Of a DNA stretch of 64,000 bases, positions 11,373 to 26,284 are shown in pieces (the stretch's first letter is position 1; each line of letters starts with the position of its first letter). A program made the position numbers and the translations under genes. The stretch comes from Eledone cirrhosa (Eukaryota). The stretch lies in contig OZ024758.1 in assembly GCA_964016885.1 (NCBI GenBank), forward strand, positions 2,294,001 through 2,358,000. Direction: 5' to 3'. The notes under the pieces are model-generated. The model was not told the origin of the DNA. It worked only from the letters and a program-made list of their open reading frames with translations, and made no database searches.

Positions 11373-14024
11373 ACCTAGATCAGCCTTGACCTTGATAAAA
11401 GCCCTTCTAGCTACAACTGTTGTCTCTTTTTCTATATCCACGACTGCATTATTGAACATATCCTTTCATTTTCAAGTTGAAAGGATGTGATTTGAAGGAA
11501 ACAGATCAAGCAGCTATGTAGAGGACCCCTTTGTTGATTCCAGTTCAATATTGTTTGAGTTGATCCATGACATTTGATCCAATTTCAAACATGGCAATCA
11601 TCCCAATATATTTTATGAATATTTTATAGGTTCATAGAAATCCAAATTAATTCTACACTAGAGAATTTAGATTATGATTTAATGATAAAATAATTGACAA
11701 CTGATATTAAGTTTTGCTTTCTGAAGCAAATTTTGTAATATTTAACTTACTTTATTGATAATTCTTCTTCAACTCATTATTTTTCCTGGTTTTTAAGTTA
11801 CTAGAATCTTAGTCAACATGCTGACACATATGTATGTGTGTGTGTGTATATGCATACATTTATATGTTGGAGTATATGAATATAAACACGCAAACACAGA
11901 CACACTTAAAAAAAATATACACTCAGACATACATTCACACAAAAAAATCACATACTCACACACGGCGTAGCAAATGGAACTCCAGTCACTGTTTTGCTAT
12001 AGTTTTTTCACCATCCCCTTCCTTCCTTTTACACACATTGTAACAGACAGACGAAAGTGTCTCTAATTATATATAGATATTCACCATAAAATCATAATTC
12101 TATTTTACAAAATACTTAACAAAAGATCCAAATCAGGTTTCCCAATATATAAAAGGACTGCCTTAAGCAATGTTGGTGGTGGCGGTGATGGTACCTTAAA
12201 CGGTGGTGGTGGTGATAATGGTAACTTAAACGGTGGAGGAAGTGATGGTACATTAAATGGTGATGATGATGATGCTGATGGTGGTACCTTAAACGATGGT
12301 GATGGTGATGATGGTACCTTAAACAGTGAGGAGGATGATGATGATGATGATGATGGTGGTACCTTAAACAGTGAGGATGATAATGATACCTTAATTTATT
12401 GATGAAGATGATGATACCTCAAACGGTGAGGATGATGGTGATGATGATACCTTAATTTAATGCTGCTGATGAGGCCACCTCGATTCAATGCTGTTGTCAT
12501 AGTCTCTTTCTTATTAAAGATTTTTTTTACCGATTCTTTGGTTTTTATTTATTCTTTTCTATGTTTTAGCCAGTCTGATGTGGCCTTGCTGGACACCATG
12601 GTGGAAGTTATGTAAATTTTCCCTTCTGTTCTGGATTTTGTCTTGTTTTGAGATTCTGTTCTTTGAATCATAGTTTGATGTCTTCAAGGTCCCACATGTT
12701 GTCAGCCTGCCTTCCTTCTCATAGAATTTCTTGTTCTGGGTACCATGTGATCACGTGGCCATTTTCTTCAGAAGATATGAATGCTTTGTTTTGTCAATTC
12801 TCCTGAAGTTTTTAAAATCCTTCATTTGTTCAATGAATATCTTAAAGTTAACTTTCTTCCAATTGTTCTCATTTCTTACCATTCTTCTTCTACAATTCCT
12901 TCAACAGCTATTAGTAGTATTCACTAGCTAATCTTCTTTCCCATGCAGAGCTCATGGAACCCATATCATTATCAACAGTTTGTGCCAGGTGTCTGTTCTC
13001 TTCACTTAGGCCAGTTCCATCACCAAACAGACGAAACACAAGCGTAGGATTCGGTAACTGCTCATTCTACTCTTTCATTTAGACTTAAGTAAACTGCTCG
13101 TTAAGTAAACTGCTCGTTAAGTAAAACTGGTTATCCTTTCATCAACCTCTTCAGTCTTCCAGCTGCTTACCTCTGCTTTGTCGTTTCTGTCTTGTGTTGT
13201 TTCAACAAAAATGGAGTCTTGTTTGTTTATGCTAACATCTGGTATGGTATGGTCCCGTAACTCCTGATAGTTGTAGGGGCACTGTATTGACATACAGCAT
13301 TTCTTGGGCATTTTAAGCCTGGCGGAGCCCATCTCTTCTCCAGGTCTGAGTACAGCATATTTCTTCCAGAGAGAGAGGAAATGAGGAAGAGATATAGAGG
13401 AAGAATCAACCCCAGTACTAGACTGGTACTTTTTTTATCGCTCTCGAAAGGATGAAAGGCAAAGTTGACCTCAGCAGGATTTGAACTCAGAGAGCAGATA
13501 GACAGAACCAATACCATAAAATATTCTATTCGAAGTTCTAACGACTGCGAATTCCTCACCTATATATATATATTATTATACTTTTATGAATACCATAAGC
13601 ATTTTATCCTATGTTCTCATGACTCTGCCAATTCCCTTCCTATGTTAACATCTACCACAACTAAAATCTCTCTCAAAAGTCTTTGATCGTTTCTTTTACT
13701 TAGAACTATTCTGGTTACATCTGGTGCCATTATTTTCTTTCTGTCATTAATATTTTTGTTTGTTGTTGTTGTTGCTATCAAGATGTTTTTTATAATAACC
13801 TGTTGATTTGCTTCTCTGTTGTCCTGTGTCCACCTAGTGGCAATAGTGCTAGAGTTGTCTCCACGTAGTGGCCACACGACTACAGTTGTTTCCACCTAAT
13901 AACAGTAGTGCTAGAGTTTAGGGTAGTACTCAATACAGCTATAGTATTCCTTCTCTTTTATTTGCATGGGATTTTATATTTTATATTCTGTTACCTGTAT
14001 TCTTTCTCTTAAGCCCTCGTCCAC

Positions 14025-14850
14025 CCCTCTCTCTCTGTCTCATTCTCTCTCTCTGTCTTCCCCTCTCTCTCTGTCTCATTCTCTCTCTCTGTCTTCCCCC
14101 TCTCTTTCTGTCTGTCTCATTCTCTCTCTCTCTCTGTCTCATTCTCTCTCTCTCTCTGTCTCATTCTCTCTCTCTGTCTCATTCTCTCTCTGTCTTCCCC
14201 TCTCTCTCTGTCTCATTCTCTCTCTGTCTTCCCCTCTCTCTCTGTCTCATTCTCTCTCTCTGTCTTCCCCCTCTCTTTCTGTCTGTCCCATTCTCTCTCT
14301 CTCTCTGTCTCATTCTCTCTCTCTCTCTGTCTCATTCTCTCTCTCTGTCTCATTCTCTCTCTCTGTCTTCCCCTCTCTCTCTGTCTTCCCCTCTCTCTCT
14401 GTCTTCCCCTCTCTCTCTCTGTCTTCCCCTCTCTCTCTGTCTCATTCTCTCTCTCTGTCTTCCCCTCTCTCTCTGTCTCAGTCTCATTCTCTCTCTGTCT
14501 CATTCTCTCTGTCTTCCCCTCTCTCTCTGTCTCAGTCTCATTCTCTCTCTGTCTCATTCTCTCTCTCTGTCTTCCCCTCTCTCTCTCTCTCTGTCTTCCC
14601 CTCTCTCTGTCTTCACCTCTCTGTCTGTCTCATTCTCTCTCTCTCTGTCTCATTCTCTCTTTCTGTCTCATTCTCTCTCTCTGTCTCATTCTCTCTCTCT
14701 GTCTCATTCTCTCTCTCTGTCTTCCCCTCTCTCACTCTGTCTCAGTCTCATTCTCTCTCTCTCTCTCTCATTATCTCTCTCTCTCTCTCTTTCTCTCTCT
14801 GTATTCCCCTCTCTCTCTGTCCCATTCCCCCCTCTCTCTCTCTCCACCTC
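14025..14850. repeat. (CT)-rich compound repeat with GTCTCATT / GTCTTCCC interruptions
   Basis: direct reading. Confidence 0.9.
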
Positions 14851-14923
14851 TACAACTCTAATATGTGTTTTGACATTTCAATATTTCTTCAGCTAACACA
14901 ATATTGGCTGCTGCTTTCTTTTC

Positions 14924-14994
<71 letters not shown>

Positions 14995-15186
14995 TGCTTC
15001 TACCTTTATTCTGTATGTGTGCAGCTCAATGCACTTTATGCATTTATGATAGAATGCAATTATGTGACATGCTTGGCTTTCAAATGTATGCACATATATG
15101 CATATGTATGCACATGTGTATGTTTGTGTTTATGTGCATGCGCTTAACTGTGTGTAATGCATGTACCTTTCTACTTAAGGTATTCC

Positions 15187-15227
<41 letters not shown>

Positions 15228-15240
15228 GGTGGTGATCTGG

Positions 15241-15272
<32 letters not shown>

Positions 15273-15313
15273 ATATATATATATATGTATGTATATATAT
15301 ATATATATATATG

Positions 15314-15345
<32 letters not shown>

Positions 15346-15387
15346 TGTAGGTGGTGATCTGGATATATATATATATATGTATATATG

Positions 15388-15433
<46 letters not shown>

Positions 15434-15692
15434 TACACACACAGCTGTAAAGCAGGACAGTCACCTTAACCCCTCCCCCTATCTTCAATATCAACCAGAT
15501 GAAGATAGTCAAACAGTCATATATTTTATATACCTCAGAACATAACATCTGTTCTACTAAGACTTGAACTCATCATATAGTCTTAGAGTCAATCACCAAA
15601 ATTTCATGACTTTGGTGTTGTTTGTATCTTGGTTTAAAACATAACTCATTTTTCATAGGTTATTTTGTGGGTTCAATTCCTAGGCTGGGCAA

Positions 15693-15868
15693 TACAAGTA
15701 AAATTCCGTTATAACGAATACCATTATAACAAATATTTCAGTATAACAAATGTTTTTAATCCCTGGCCACACAGTTGATATGTTAGTTCGATCTTGTTAT
15801 AAAGAATTTTTCGTTACAACAAATATATTTTTATACCCCGTGAATATCTGGATAACAGAATTTCACTG
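15693..15868. mobile_element. pogo/Tigger-like MITE
   Basis: imperfect TIRs AGTAAAATTCCGTTATAACGAAT / GATAACAGAATTTCACTGT with subterminal TATAAC repeats. Confidence 0.6.
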
Positions 15869-18800
15869 TTTTACATTATTTTTATGATAGGACTGGAATA
15901 CAATCTTGTAGAGCATTAGATATAGCTGAATAGCTATAATTTAATTTAATTTTATTTCATTTTCTTTGCAAAGGAAAGAAGCTGCACTAGAAATGTTCTA
16001 TGCTGTTTTTTTTTGTTTGTTTTTTTTCTTCTTATAATGATCACAAATTGACATTAGCTTTTCTATAAGAAGGTATGTAATTTGAAGGCTGTGACAATGA
16101 GAAAGGTGTGGTACAATTTAATATAAAAGAAGGCAATAAAGCTATTCAGTATTGCCTGTTCTTTATTCAAATACAACCTTAAATTTTTTAGATAAAATCT
16201 CCTAACCAGAAGTGAAAAACCATATTTGTTCTGTATTTAAATAGGTTTTAATAGTTTAATTTTTTTAGTTTAGCATTTATCCTCTTTATAAATCAGAGAT
16301 GGCTTTTTTCTGGAATTCTGTTGCCTGATATGATATGATATATGTTGCAGAGAATTAAGAACATAAAAATACCTGAAAGGGTTTATACTAGTAAATAAAA
16401 ACACCTGAAAGAATTGATAAATTTATTTCTTTTCTTTCCTGCTGTAGATATTGAAAATAACATTTGCAAAAAAAAAAAAAGATATAACAATTGAGAAACT
16501 TATTTCAAAGAACTCCCAGGATGCGAGTAGCTGGAAGTAAACAAAAATTTGAGAAACTTGTTTAATGAATCTTTTATAAAACAGATGAAATGTAAAAAAG
16601 CTTTATGTAATGGAGTTGTAGAACAAAAACTATTCTCTATTTGAAATCAGATATAAATATTTTTCTTCGGTATTAAACATTTTTTTAGCATGACGTCTTG
16701 GCTTACATATTCTCATTCAATTTCCCTAAAGTCTAATTGTTATAATGAGTTATAATTTCAATTAATTAGTATTATTAAAGCTGTATGTTCTAGTTGTATA
16801 CCTGCAACATAACCCCAATTAAACACTAATATTTTTCTCTCATCTCATTAATGTTATTTTACACCACCTTTTTCTAAATTCACATCTGTCTCCTTTCAAC
16901 ATCTTTTCTCCTCTCCATCTACATTAACTCACTCGATATGCAAATTAGGTTGCTCAGCCGTTAATATGCATAAGGAAAGTATATACTTTCTGACGTTCAG
17001 TCATCTGGCAGGAAGGTATACGGTGCTTATGATAGCTAATAAGCTTGAAACTAGTACATCGTTCCTTTGCCAGTGTTGAACAAAAGGGCAACGATGGTTG
17101 CTCGACACTGTACGGCTTAATTCGGGATGTTTGTTTACAAACAAACCGAGCATTATAATAAATGTTCGGTAAATCCATATGTACATATATATATGTGTGT
17201 GCATGTATGTATATATATACATACTACTGTACGTCTGTATACATATATGTATGTACGTATACATACTTATATTTAAGTAACAGCCGTACTAAGAGTCAGA
17301 AATGAAATTTCGTTTAATTTTTTCCATATATATATATATATACTAGAAACCAGTCAATTTGTTATTTTTCATATTACTTTCAATTCATTAATTCCATCAT
17401 TTTCTAGGTTTTGTCTTTTGTGTTACAAGTGGGACATTATATATGTCAACATGGTTTAGTCTCTCTCTCTCTCCACACATACACACATATATATATATAT
17501 ATATTCCCCTCTCTGTCTCACATATAACTGTAACCACCTCCCAAGCTCCCCTCACCTGTAATTATGTGATATCTAGCATTACTAATACTTCCTTTTCAAT
17601 TAGCTGTTCAAAGCTGTTATTGCAAAACAGTTAAAACTTATCTGAGGATACAATAATTACAAAATCACATGAAGGAAGTTAAATAAGCAAAAATGGGAAG
17701 AAAAATATTAACAAAAATCTAATAAAAAAGATCTGAAGAAGAAGCATCTGTTATGATTTAAATTTCTACATTTTCAAATGGTTTTATTATTGTTTATTGA
17801 TTTGTAAATGTCTTTTAATTGAGGATATAAAAAATAGAATTTGTCATTTTAGGAAATAAAATCTGCAGCCTTCAGGTTATCACACACACACATACACATA
17901 CATACACATGCAAATATAGACACATATACACACACACATATGCACAGACACATGCACATACACTCTCTCTCTCTCATGCACACACACTCACACATACAAA
18001 TACTCACTCACGCACACACAAACATACTCACAAAAAAACACACACACACACAAACATACACACTCACACACACTCACACACAAATGGACACACACTCATG
18101 GCCACACGCACACAAACATTCACACACACACACTAACACACACACACAAATACTCACACACAAACGGACACACTCACACAAACGGACACACTCACATACA
18201 AACGGACACACTCACATACAAACGGACACACACATACAAACGGACACACTCACACACAAACGGACACACTCTCTCACACACACACAAACACACACACACA
18301 CACACTTACACTTACACACGCTTATACACTCTCACACATACTGAAGTTAGTCACGGCCACTGCCGTTACTTCTGTAGTTATCTATTCTAAGGAAGAGATT
18401 GGAAATATTCAATGGTTTACAACAATTTCAGCCAAGGGCTCACCCATTCTCAACTAACTTTTTATGAGCCATAACCTAATTTCTAGCTATAATTATGTTC
18501 ACGTTTTCCCCTCGTGTTACTTCAAATGTTCCTATCACTTCTACTATATTACTTTTAACAACACTATTTTATTGAACCGACACAGTATCCTTATTTCTGT
18601 TAACCCTTTATCCTAGTATGGTTTCCCAGTTCTTTATTCCTTACTTTCTAGCTCGTGATATCAATGAGGTTTCTTTTGTGATGAATATAGACATGCAGGT
18701 TTTTGCACCCAGATTTTATCACACAGTTCCATGCTTGTATAAGTGGATGGCTTTCTTTGAGCAGTTTTATTGTTGTTTTTACATAAGAATGTCCTTCTTG

Positions 18801-19589
18801 TCGCTAACCACTGTACTTTAACTCTGTTTTTAGTTCAGTCAGGCAGGTAAATGAGAGATAGAGCAGGTTTTAAGGACCTTAAAATCTGATTGATGTGAAA
18901 TGATTGTGTAGTTAATGTGTAGGACATTGTGAGGTACTATCTTACAGCTCAGCATTACATGTATCTTCGAGTAAAATCCTTCCAATCTTCATGAAAAATA
19001 TGTTATATATAACGATTGCAGAAGAATATTTTTGCCATGACTTATCTGAGGTAGTTAAATGTATATAATGTAGAAGAATAGGTTGTTTAACAAAGTCTTA
19101 AGAATTGTGATAATATTGTAGAAGAACGTACTGAAAGTCTGGTGTTCTATTGATCAAAGCAGTATGGCTAAATGCTGCTTTGCCCAGTTTAAATAAATAT
19201 AATCTTCCCAGCATGGATAAAGATATTATTCCCAACATGGCTAAGTATGTTGTTTCCAGCATGGATACATTTACTGTTGAATTGATATTAATAATTTCTT
19301 GTTCATATCTCAAGTTTCCTTTATCGTTATTTTAGCCTTCTTTTGGTTGTGATGGAAGTATTTAGATAACGGCATTATGTCTGTTATATGTGTGTTGTTA
19401 CTATAGCAGAGGGCTAGAATTTGTGGTGACGTATGTTATATGTGTAGCTACTATAGGAGATTGACAGATAGAGAGGACTAAAGGGCTGGAATTTGTGGTG
19501 ACATAGTATGTGTGTATAAGTTGCTATAAGAGATTGATAGATATTGAGAAGGCTAGAGAGCTGGAATTTGTGGTGATCTATGTTATATG

Positions 19590-19832
19590 TGAGGTAGTGA
19601 GTTCGATTCTTGCACGTTGCTCCAGTCTACTCAACTGTAGAAATGAGTTGAGATGTCACTGGTGCCAAGCTGTATTGGCCATTGCCATTCTCTTGGACAA
19701 CATCGGTGGCATGGAGAGGGGAGACTGGTATGGGGGACTGCTGGTCTTCCTCAAACAAACTTGCCTGGACTTGTGGGGAACTTTCCAGGTGTAAATCCCA
19801 TGGTCATTTGTGACTGAAAAGGGTCTTTACCC
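19590..19832 (+). mobile_element. SINE S1 copy interrupting a GAGGGCTAGAATTTGTGGTGAC tandem repeat (19405-19945)
   Basis: B box GAGTTCGATTC and CACGTTGCTCCAGTCTACTCAACTGTAGAAATGAG shared with 4278-4312; three repeat motifs before, two after. Confidence 0.7.
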
Positions 19833-20719
19833 CTGCCATAAGAGATTTAGAGGGCTAGAATTTGTGGTGACGTAGTATGTTATATGTGAGGTTGCTATAA
19901 GAGATCGGCAGCGACTGAGAGGGCTAGAATTTGTGGTGACGTTAAGAGTTTTAGCTGTATACTGCTCATTCATGGCAATGAATGGTGTGTAAGATGATTC
20001 AGACATATATGAGAATGTTTATAATAACTGAACTCTCTGGTTGTTGCACATTTTGGCTGGTATAGTGAATTAAAATGATCCATTATTATTGGATATATAA
20101 CTTTAAAAAAAAGAGAAGAAAAAAAGAAATACCGTATATGGATTGTTATGGCTCTCCATTTTAAACCTTCATTTTAAGCCTGTCAGTAAATTGAGGAAAG
20201 CAACAAAATATGCTTCCAAATTATTTTCAAATCCATCAGGTATTTTTTGATCTTAGATTATTCCACTCTCTTTGACAGAAAATAGAATCAATAAAATCTA
20301 AATTGATCATTCTGAATTTCGAGACAAAAATTATTTTCTCATAATTCCTAATATATTCTGAGCTTTATTATTATTATTTTTTTTTTTTTTTTACATATAC
20401 ATTATTGTTGGCAATGATTAAAATGACTTTATGGACGACAGAAAAATGCAGAGCTACTACTTTCTTTATATCCTAGAAATTTAGACATTCAGATATTATG
20501 TTTCATGAAAATTATAGACAAGCATAATATCCTTTTCAAATGTCTTTTAAAATCCATTTGATATTTCTACATGTGGGTATTAAATATTCATTGATCCTAT
20601 ATATATTAGTTACCATATGATTGATTATCTTTATCAACCTGGTATTGCTTGGTGGAGAAATACACAAGTTGACATTGATAGTATTTCAACTGAAGACTGT
20701 AAACCATCATATGAGACTG

Positions 20720-20940
20720 TTGGTGTCCTTGGCCCTAGGACCACCTCCCTACTCACCTCCATTGGTACAGAGTTGGCTACCCGTAGCAGTGGAGACCTCT
20801 GGTGTCCTTGGCTCTAGGACCACCTTCCTACTTACCACCATTGGTACAGAGTTGGCTACCCGTAGCAGTGGAGATCTCTGGTGTCCTTGGCTCTAGGACC
20901 ACCTTCCTACTTACCACCATCGGTACAGAGTTGGCTACCC
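20720..20940. repeat. 79-bp tandem repeat, ~3 copies
   Basis: GGTGTCCTTGGC...GAGTTGGCTACCC recurs at 20722, 20801, 20880. Confidence 0.9.
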
Positions 20941-21569
20941 ACCCGTAGGTGGGAGCCTCGCAAGCAGCAATGGCCCCTTCACTAGGTGGTGGTAGTATTG
21001 TCAGTGTAGTAGTTGTAGTAGTAGTGGTGGTGGTGGTAGCAGTAGTAGTGTAGGTGGTGGTGGTAGCAGTAGTAGTGTAGGTGGTGGTAGTAGTAGTAGT
21101 GTGTGTGATAGTAACAGCTGTTTATTGAGAGAGAACGTGAATAATCGCCCCACACCCCTAATTTTCGAGACTGCCCCATCCCCACTTATTAAATCCTGTT
21201 AATCTGTCTCTGTCAACATTTTATTTCAAGTTGTATCATTCCTGCGACAATCTTTAGACATTAACAAACATACCTGACAGAAATGAGAACTTTACAAGAA
21301 ATTCCATATGTTATAAAATATATAGAATGGGTTGGGGGGGTCTCAATATGTAAACTAAATTGCTAATTCTGGTTTTTAAAAACTGGAGACAATCTAGAAA
21401 AATGATCGATTTTCCACCCCACTCCACCCACCCGTTTATTCCAACCCCCTCCCCTATTATTTGGGACCTGAAAGTAGTTAAATCTATTTTAAAGATTATT
21501 TGATTCTTAAAATCAAAAGCAGGTGGACATTATTGTTTTCTACTTCTCTCTCTCTCACTCCACCCCCAC

Positions 21570-21810
21570 ACACAGTCTGTCTTTCTCTCTTTCTCTCCCA
21601 CACAGTCTCTGTCTTTCTCTTTCTCTCCCACACAGTCTCTGTCTTTCTCTTTCTCTCCCACACAGTCTCTGTCTTTCTCTTTCTCTCCCACACAGTCTCT
21701 GTCTTTCTCTCTTTCGCTCCCACACAGTCTCTGTCTTTCTCTTTCTCTCCCACACAGTCTCTCTCTTTCTCTTTCTCTCCCACACAGTCTCTCTCTTTCT
21801 CTCCCACACA
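21570..21810. repeat. 30-bp CT-rich minisatellite
   Basis: direct reading. Confidence 0.85.
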
Positions 21811-22088
21811 CTCTCTACTCTCTCTATCTTTACCATTGTGATAGCCAAAACAGTACATTTTAATAATAATATTTAAAAAATCCAATATTTAACTCCTTTG
21901 CTCCCCACCCCTCATTTTCTTAGCATATTTCTCCCCCCCCCCCCTCTCTCTCTCTTTCTCCCTCCCGACTGTCAGTTTCCAATGTTTCAATGAAATATAT
22001 TGAGTTTTACCAACTTTTTGCTAATCTTATTTTTTTATAATTATATATATATATATATATATAATATTTATAATTATATATATATATA

Positions 22089-22132
<44 letters not shown>

Positions 22133-22868
22133 TATATATATATATATATAATTATATATATATATATATATATAATTATATATATATATATAATTATATA
22201 TATATATATATATATAATTATATATATATATATAATTATATATATATATATAATTATATATATATATATAATTATATATATATATATAATTATATATATA
22301 TATATATATATAATTATATATATATATATATATAATTATATATATATATATATATCTGAAGCAATAATGGGTGTTATAGATTTTGTTGATTTTAAAAGCG
22401 TTCATAGAGTGATTTAGAATTCACAGCCAGCAACTAGAAGCAGCATGTGTAGGTTTCATAAAACTTGACACAGTAGATAATGGGTTCTGGTTTAGGCACA
22501 AGGCCAGCAATTTGGAGAGAGGGAGGGGGGGAATGTCGATTAAATCGACTCCAGTACATTACTGGTACTTTATTTTATCAACCCTGTAAGGATGAAAGGC
22601 AAAGTTAACCTCGGCAGGATTTGAACTCAGAACATAAAAGGACGTAACTATGCTGGAAAGCATGGCGTCCGACCCTCTACAGATTCTGCCAATAATAATA
22701 ATAATAATGGTTTCTAATTTAGGCACAAGGCCAGCAATTTATAGGGTGCAGAAGTCGATTAAATCGACCCCAGTATGTTACTGGTACTTTATTTTATTGA
22801 CCCTGTAAGGATGAAAGGCAAAGTTAACCTCGACAGGATTGGAAATTGGATGCACAAACAGCAGTTAC

Positions 22869-23040
22869 TTAACCCATCAGCATTTAAACTGGCCATATTC
22901 TGCCAGAATTCTCTCACCGCTTTCTGTTCAAACCAGCTGTAACTGGCCACTCATACTGATGTTAAGATGTTGTTCTTGAAATAAATAATATCAGAATCTC
23001 GTAGATTCGATATTATGTGAGGTAAAGTGTTTACTGTGAA
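22869..23040 (-). mobile_element. MITE M1 partial, reverse orientation (similar partial at 23781-23919)
   Basis: reverse complement of the M1 right half. Confidence 0.8.
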
Positions 23041-23917
23041 AAAAACAAAAGGGCTTTTTGAAGAGATTTCTTTAAAAAAGGGATATTGAGAGTTGTTGAT
23101 TGTGTATAAAACTCTTGTATTTTAGCGGGGGGTTTCTTTTTTCAACACCAAGGGTTTAGTTATAAATAAAAGCAGATTTAAAATATAGTTTATATTTGAT
23201 AGGAATATCAAATGCATGCTTACTTATATATATATAATATATATATATATATATTATATTTATATATATGTAATATATATATATATATCGATTTACTAAA
23301 TTTATATGTTCCATTTTTTTTTTTTTCATTATCAGAGGCTTTGATATCAGAAAAAGGTAAAACAGTTTTTATTGTGGATAATTTTGTTTAATTGAAGGGA
23401 ATACACAGTGTGTGTTGTCTCCATCCCTATTGCTACCATTACCACAGTAGTTTCTGCTTCATTAAACCTGCAAGTTACACCCCACCTAACACACCTGCAT
23501 TTCCTTCTATCAACCTTACTCTGTTTCACCTCACCAAACCCTGTATGAAATATTTTTCTCACCCACCTCCAAAAATACTGTTCCCTGCTCCCCCTAAAAA
23601 ACTGAACACTTTCTTTCTTTGATATTAATCCACAGAAGTTAAACATTGATCTTACCAACCTGGAAGGGTCTAGAAGGGCCATGGGCTCGCTGCTCAGTTT
23701 TCTTGGACTATGTAGAAAAGAAAAAATAAGGACTAAGTATTGGTTAAAATCATTTGATCTTAATTAAGAGAGTATACAAGTTAACCCTTTTTAATTTAAA
23801 CCGGTTATATCTGACCAGAATTCTCTCACCTCTTTCGGTTCAAACCGGCCATAACTGGCTACTCATACTTATGTTAAGGTATTGTTCTCAAAATAATTAC
23901 TATCAAAATCTCATAGA

Positions 23918-24102
23918 TTAACGTCCATTTTCCACACTAGCATGGGTTAGGCGGGTCGTCCCATTTGATGTAAGTTGGGTCAGGTGACTGTGTGTCACTC
24001 ATATAGGACTGTTTCTAGCTAGGTTTCTATGGCTGGATGCCCTTCCTAACGGCAACCACATTTACAGTATGTGCTGGGTGCTTTTTGTCGTGACTCCTAC
24101 AT
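23918..24102 (-). mobile_element. retroposon 3' tail (family R1) with a single copy of the satellite-founder motif
   Basis: TTAACGTCCATTTTCCACACTAGCATGGGTTAG...GGCTGGATGCCCTTCCTAAC...CCACATTTACAGT. Confidence 0.75.
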
Positions 24103-24342
24103 AGATGGTTGCTTCTAACAAATAATTTAGATTTTACCTGGTATAGTTGGTTGCTTTTAACAAGTAATTTAGTTTTTTGCAGAGCATGCCATTAATTATG
24201 TTAAACCTCTTCCACAGGTATGCGACTAAACTGCCAAGTTCTGAGCTTGCTTCTGGATTGTTTCCAAATTCCGTCAAAGTAGAGGCCATAAGTCCCTTCC
24301 TTTCCTAAAAACAGTAATAATGATAAATAAACTTAAACATAT

Positions 24343-24376
<34 letters not shown>

Positions 24377-24782
24377 TATTTTAGTTGGGAACAGTTCTAA
24401 TGCTAATTGTTTGTGCTGTGTTGCTTGCTTATTCTGTTGCTATAATGCCATTATCAACCCTGTTGCTATTACTTTAACATACACAGGGTAAACTGCTTTC
24501 TGCTTACACTCATCCTTCTGTCGTGGTGGTAGTTCTCTAATTTTTGACTTTCCATGTCAGTTTGTGTGTGTGTGTGGTGATGGTTTACATACAAAAGAAA
24601 GAAAAGAGATGAAAACATGATGTGGAAGATGAAGATAAGCTTTAAATTTTACAGGAGACAAGATGGGGTATACCTAGAAAGAAACATTTAGTAATATATG
24701 ATATTTTGTGGGAGACAAGATGGGATGTACCCAGAAATATTTAGTAATATATAATATATTACAGGAGACAAGATGGGGTATA

Positions 24783-25312
24783 CAACCACTTTACAGTGAG
24801 GACTGGGTGATTTTTGTTGTGACTCCTACATGACCACTTTACAGTGAGTACTGGGTGGTTTGGTTGGGACTCTTACATGACCACTTTACAGTGAGTACTG
24901 GGTGATTTTTGTTGACTCTTACATCACTTTACATTGAGTACTTGGTGATTTTGTTGTGACTCCTACATGACCACTTTACAGTGAGTACTGGGTGATTTTT
25001 GTTGACTCTTACATGACCATTTTACAGTGAGTACTGGGTGTTTTTTGTTGACTCTTACATGACCACTTTACAGTGAGTACTGGGTGATTTTTGTTGACTC
25101 TTACATGACCACTTTACAGTGAGTACTGGGTGATTTTTGTTGTGACTCCTACATGACCACTTTACAGTGAGTACTGGGTGATTTTTGTTGACTCTTACAT
25201 GATCATTTTACAGTGAGTACTGGGTGTTTTTTGTTGACTCCTACATGACCACTTTACAATGAGTACTGGGTGATTTTTGTTGTGACTCCTACATGACCAC
25301 TTTACAGTGTGG
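24783..25312. repeat. 46/48-bp minisatellite CATGACCACTTTACAGTGAGTACTGGGTGATTTTTGTTG(TG)ACTCYTA, ~11 units
   Basis: direct reading; related to the 49-bp array and to the R1 motif. Confidence 0.9.
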
Positions 25313-25527
25313 CTGGAGACTTCACTTAAATTTGAAAAAAGAAAACAATTAACTAATAATTCAATACTATATATATTTAGATTGTTTCAAGTAACAATTA
25401 CAAAATATATTTACATAAAGATAAGTTTGACTTTAATGACATTGATACAGTAAAAAGAGATCCATTAAATAAGAAATTTAAAAAAAAAAAGCAATAACAA
25501 TGTAATGAGAGTTACTGTTCATATGGT

Positions 25528-25863
25528 TTAACCATTCAGTATTTAAACTGGCCGTATCCGGCCAGAATTCGCTCACCTCTTTCTATTCAAACCAGCTGTC
25601 ACTCAAAATAGATAACATCAAAATCTCATAGATTCGATATTATGTGAGATATTATATGAGGTAAAGTGCTTACTGTGAAAATACAATAGTATATATAGAG
25701 TAATATAAATATTATGTGAGATATTATATGAGGTAAAGTGCTTACTGTGAAAATATAATAGTATATATAGAGTAATGTAAATGTTATGTGAGATATGAGG
25801 TAAAGCCTTTACTGTGAAAATACAATAGTATATATAGAGTAATGTAAATGTTCACATGGTTAA
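25528..25863 (-). mobile_element. MITE M1 reverse, three internal units
   Basis: TTAA ends; reverse-complement 72-bp units. Confidence 0.85.
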
Positions 25864-26284
25864 AGCTAGAGTCAGGTGAGTATGGACATGTCGGTCTATA
25901 GAACATGTCAACAACCTATAGTTTCTTTGTTTATATACTCTTTTACTCTTTTACCTGTTCCATGATATAATGGCTAAGTTGAATTGAATTAAATTTAGGG
26001 TGTTAATATATATACACCGACAAAATATTTCACTAAAACACGCTACTTTCTTTTTAGGCGCACTTATAGGAAAGCATTCAAGGATTTCATAATATAAATT
26101 TGTTTGTTTATTTATTTATTTATTCAATTTAAACGTCCGTATAGAGCTAGTAAGCCATAACAGACTAGGGGAGGTATTGAGTACTTCTTACAGTTGGTAA
26201 TCAAAAAGAGTTAGTGAGACAAGTAATGAAAAAAAAAATTAAAATCAAATTTCAAATATTGAAGGAGCCCGATGGGAGGCAGAT

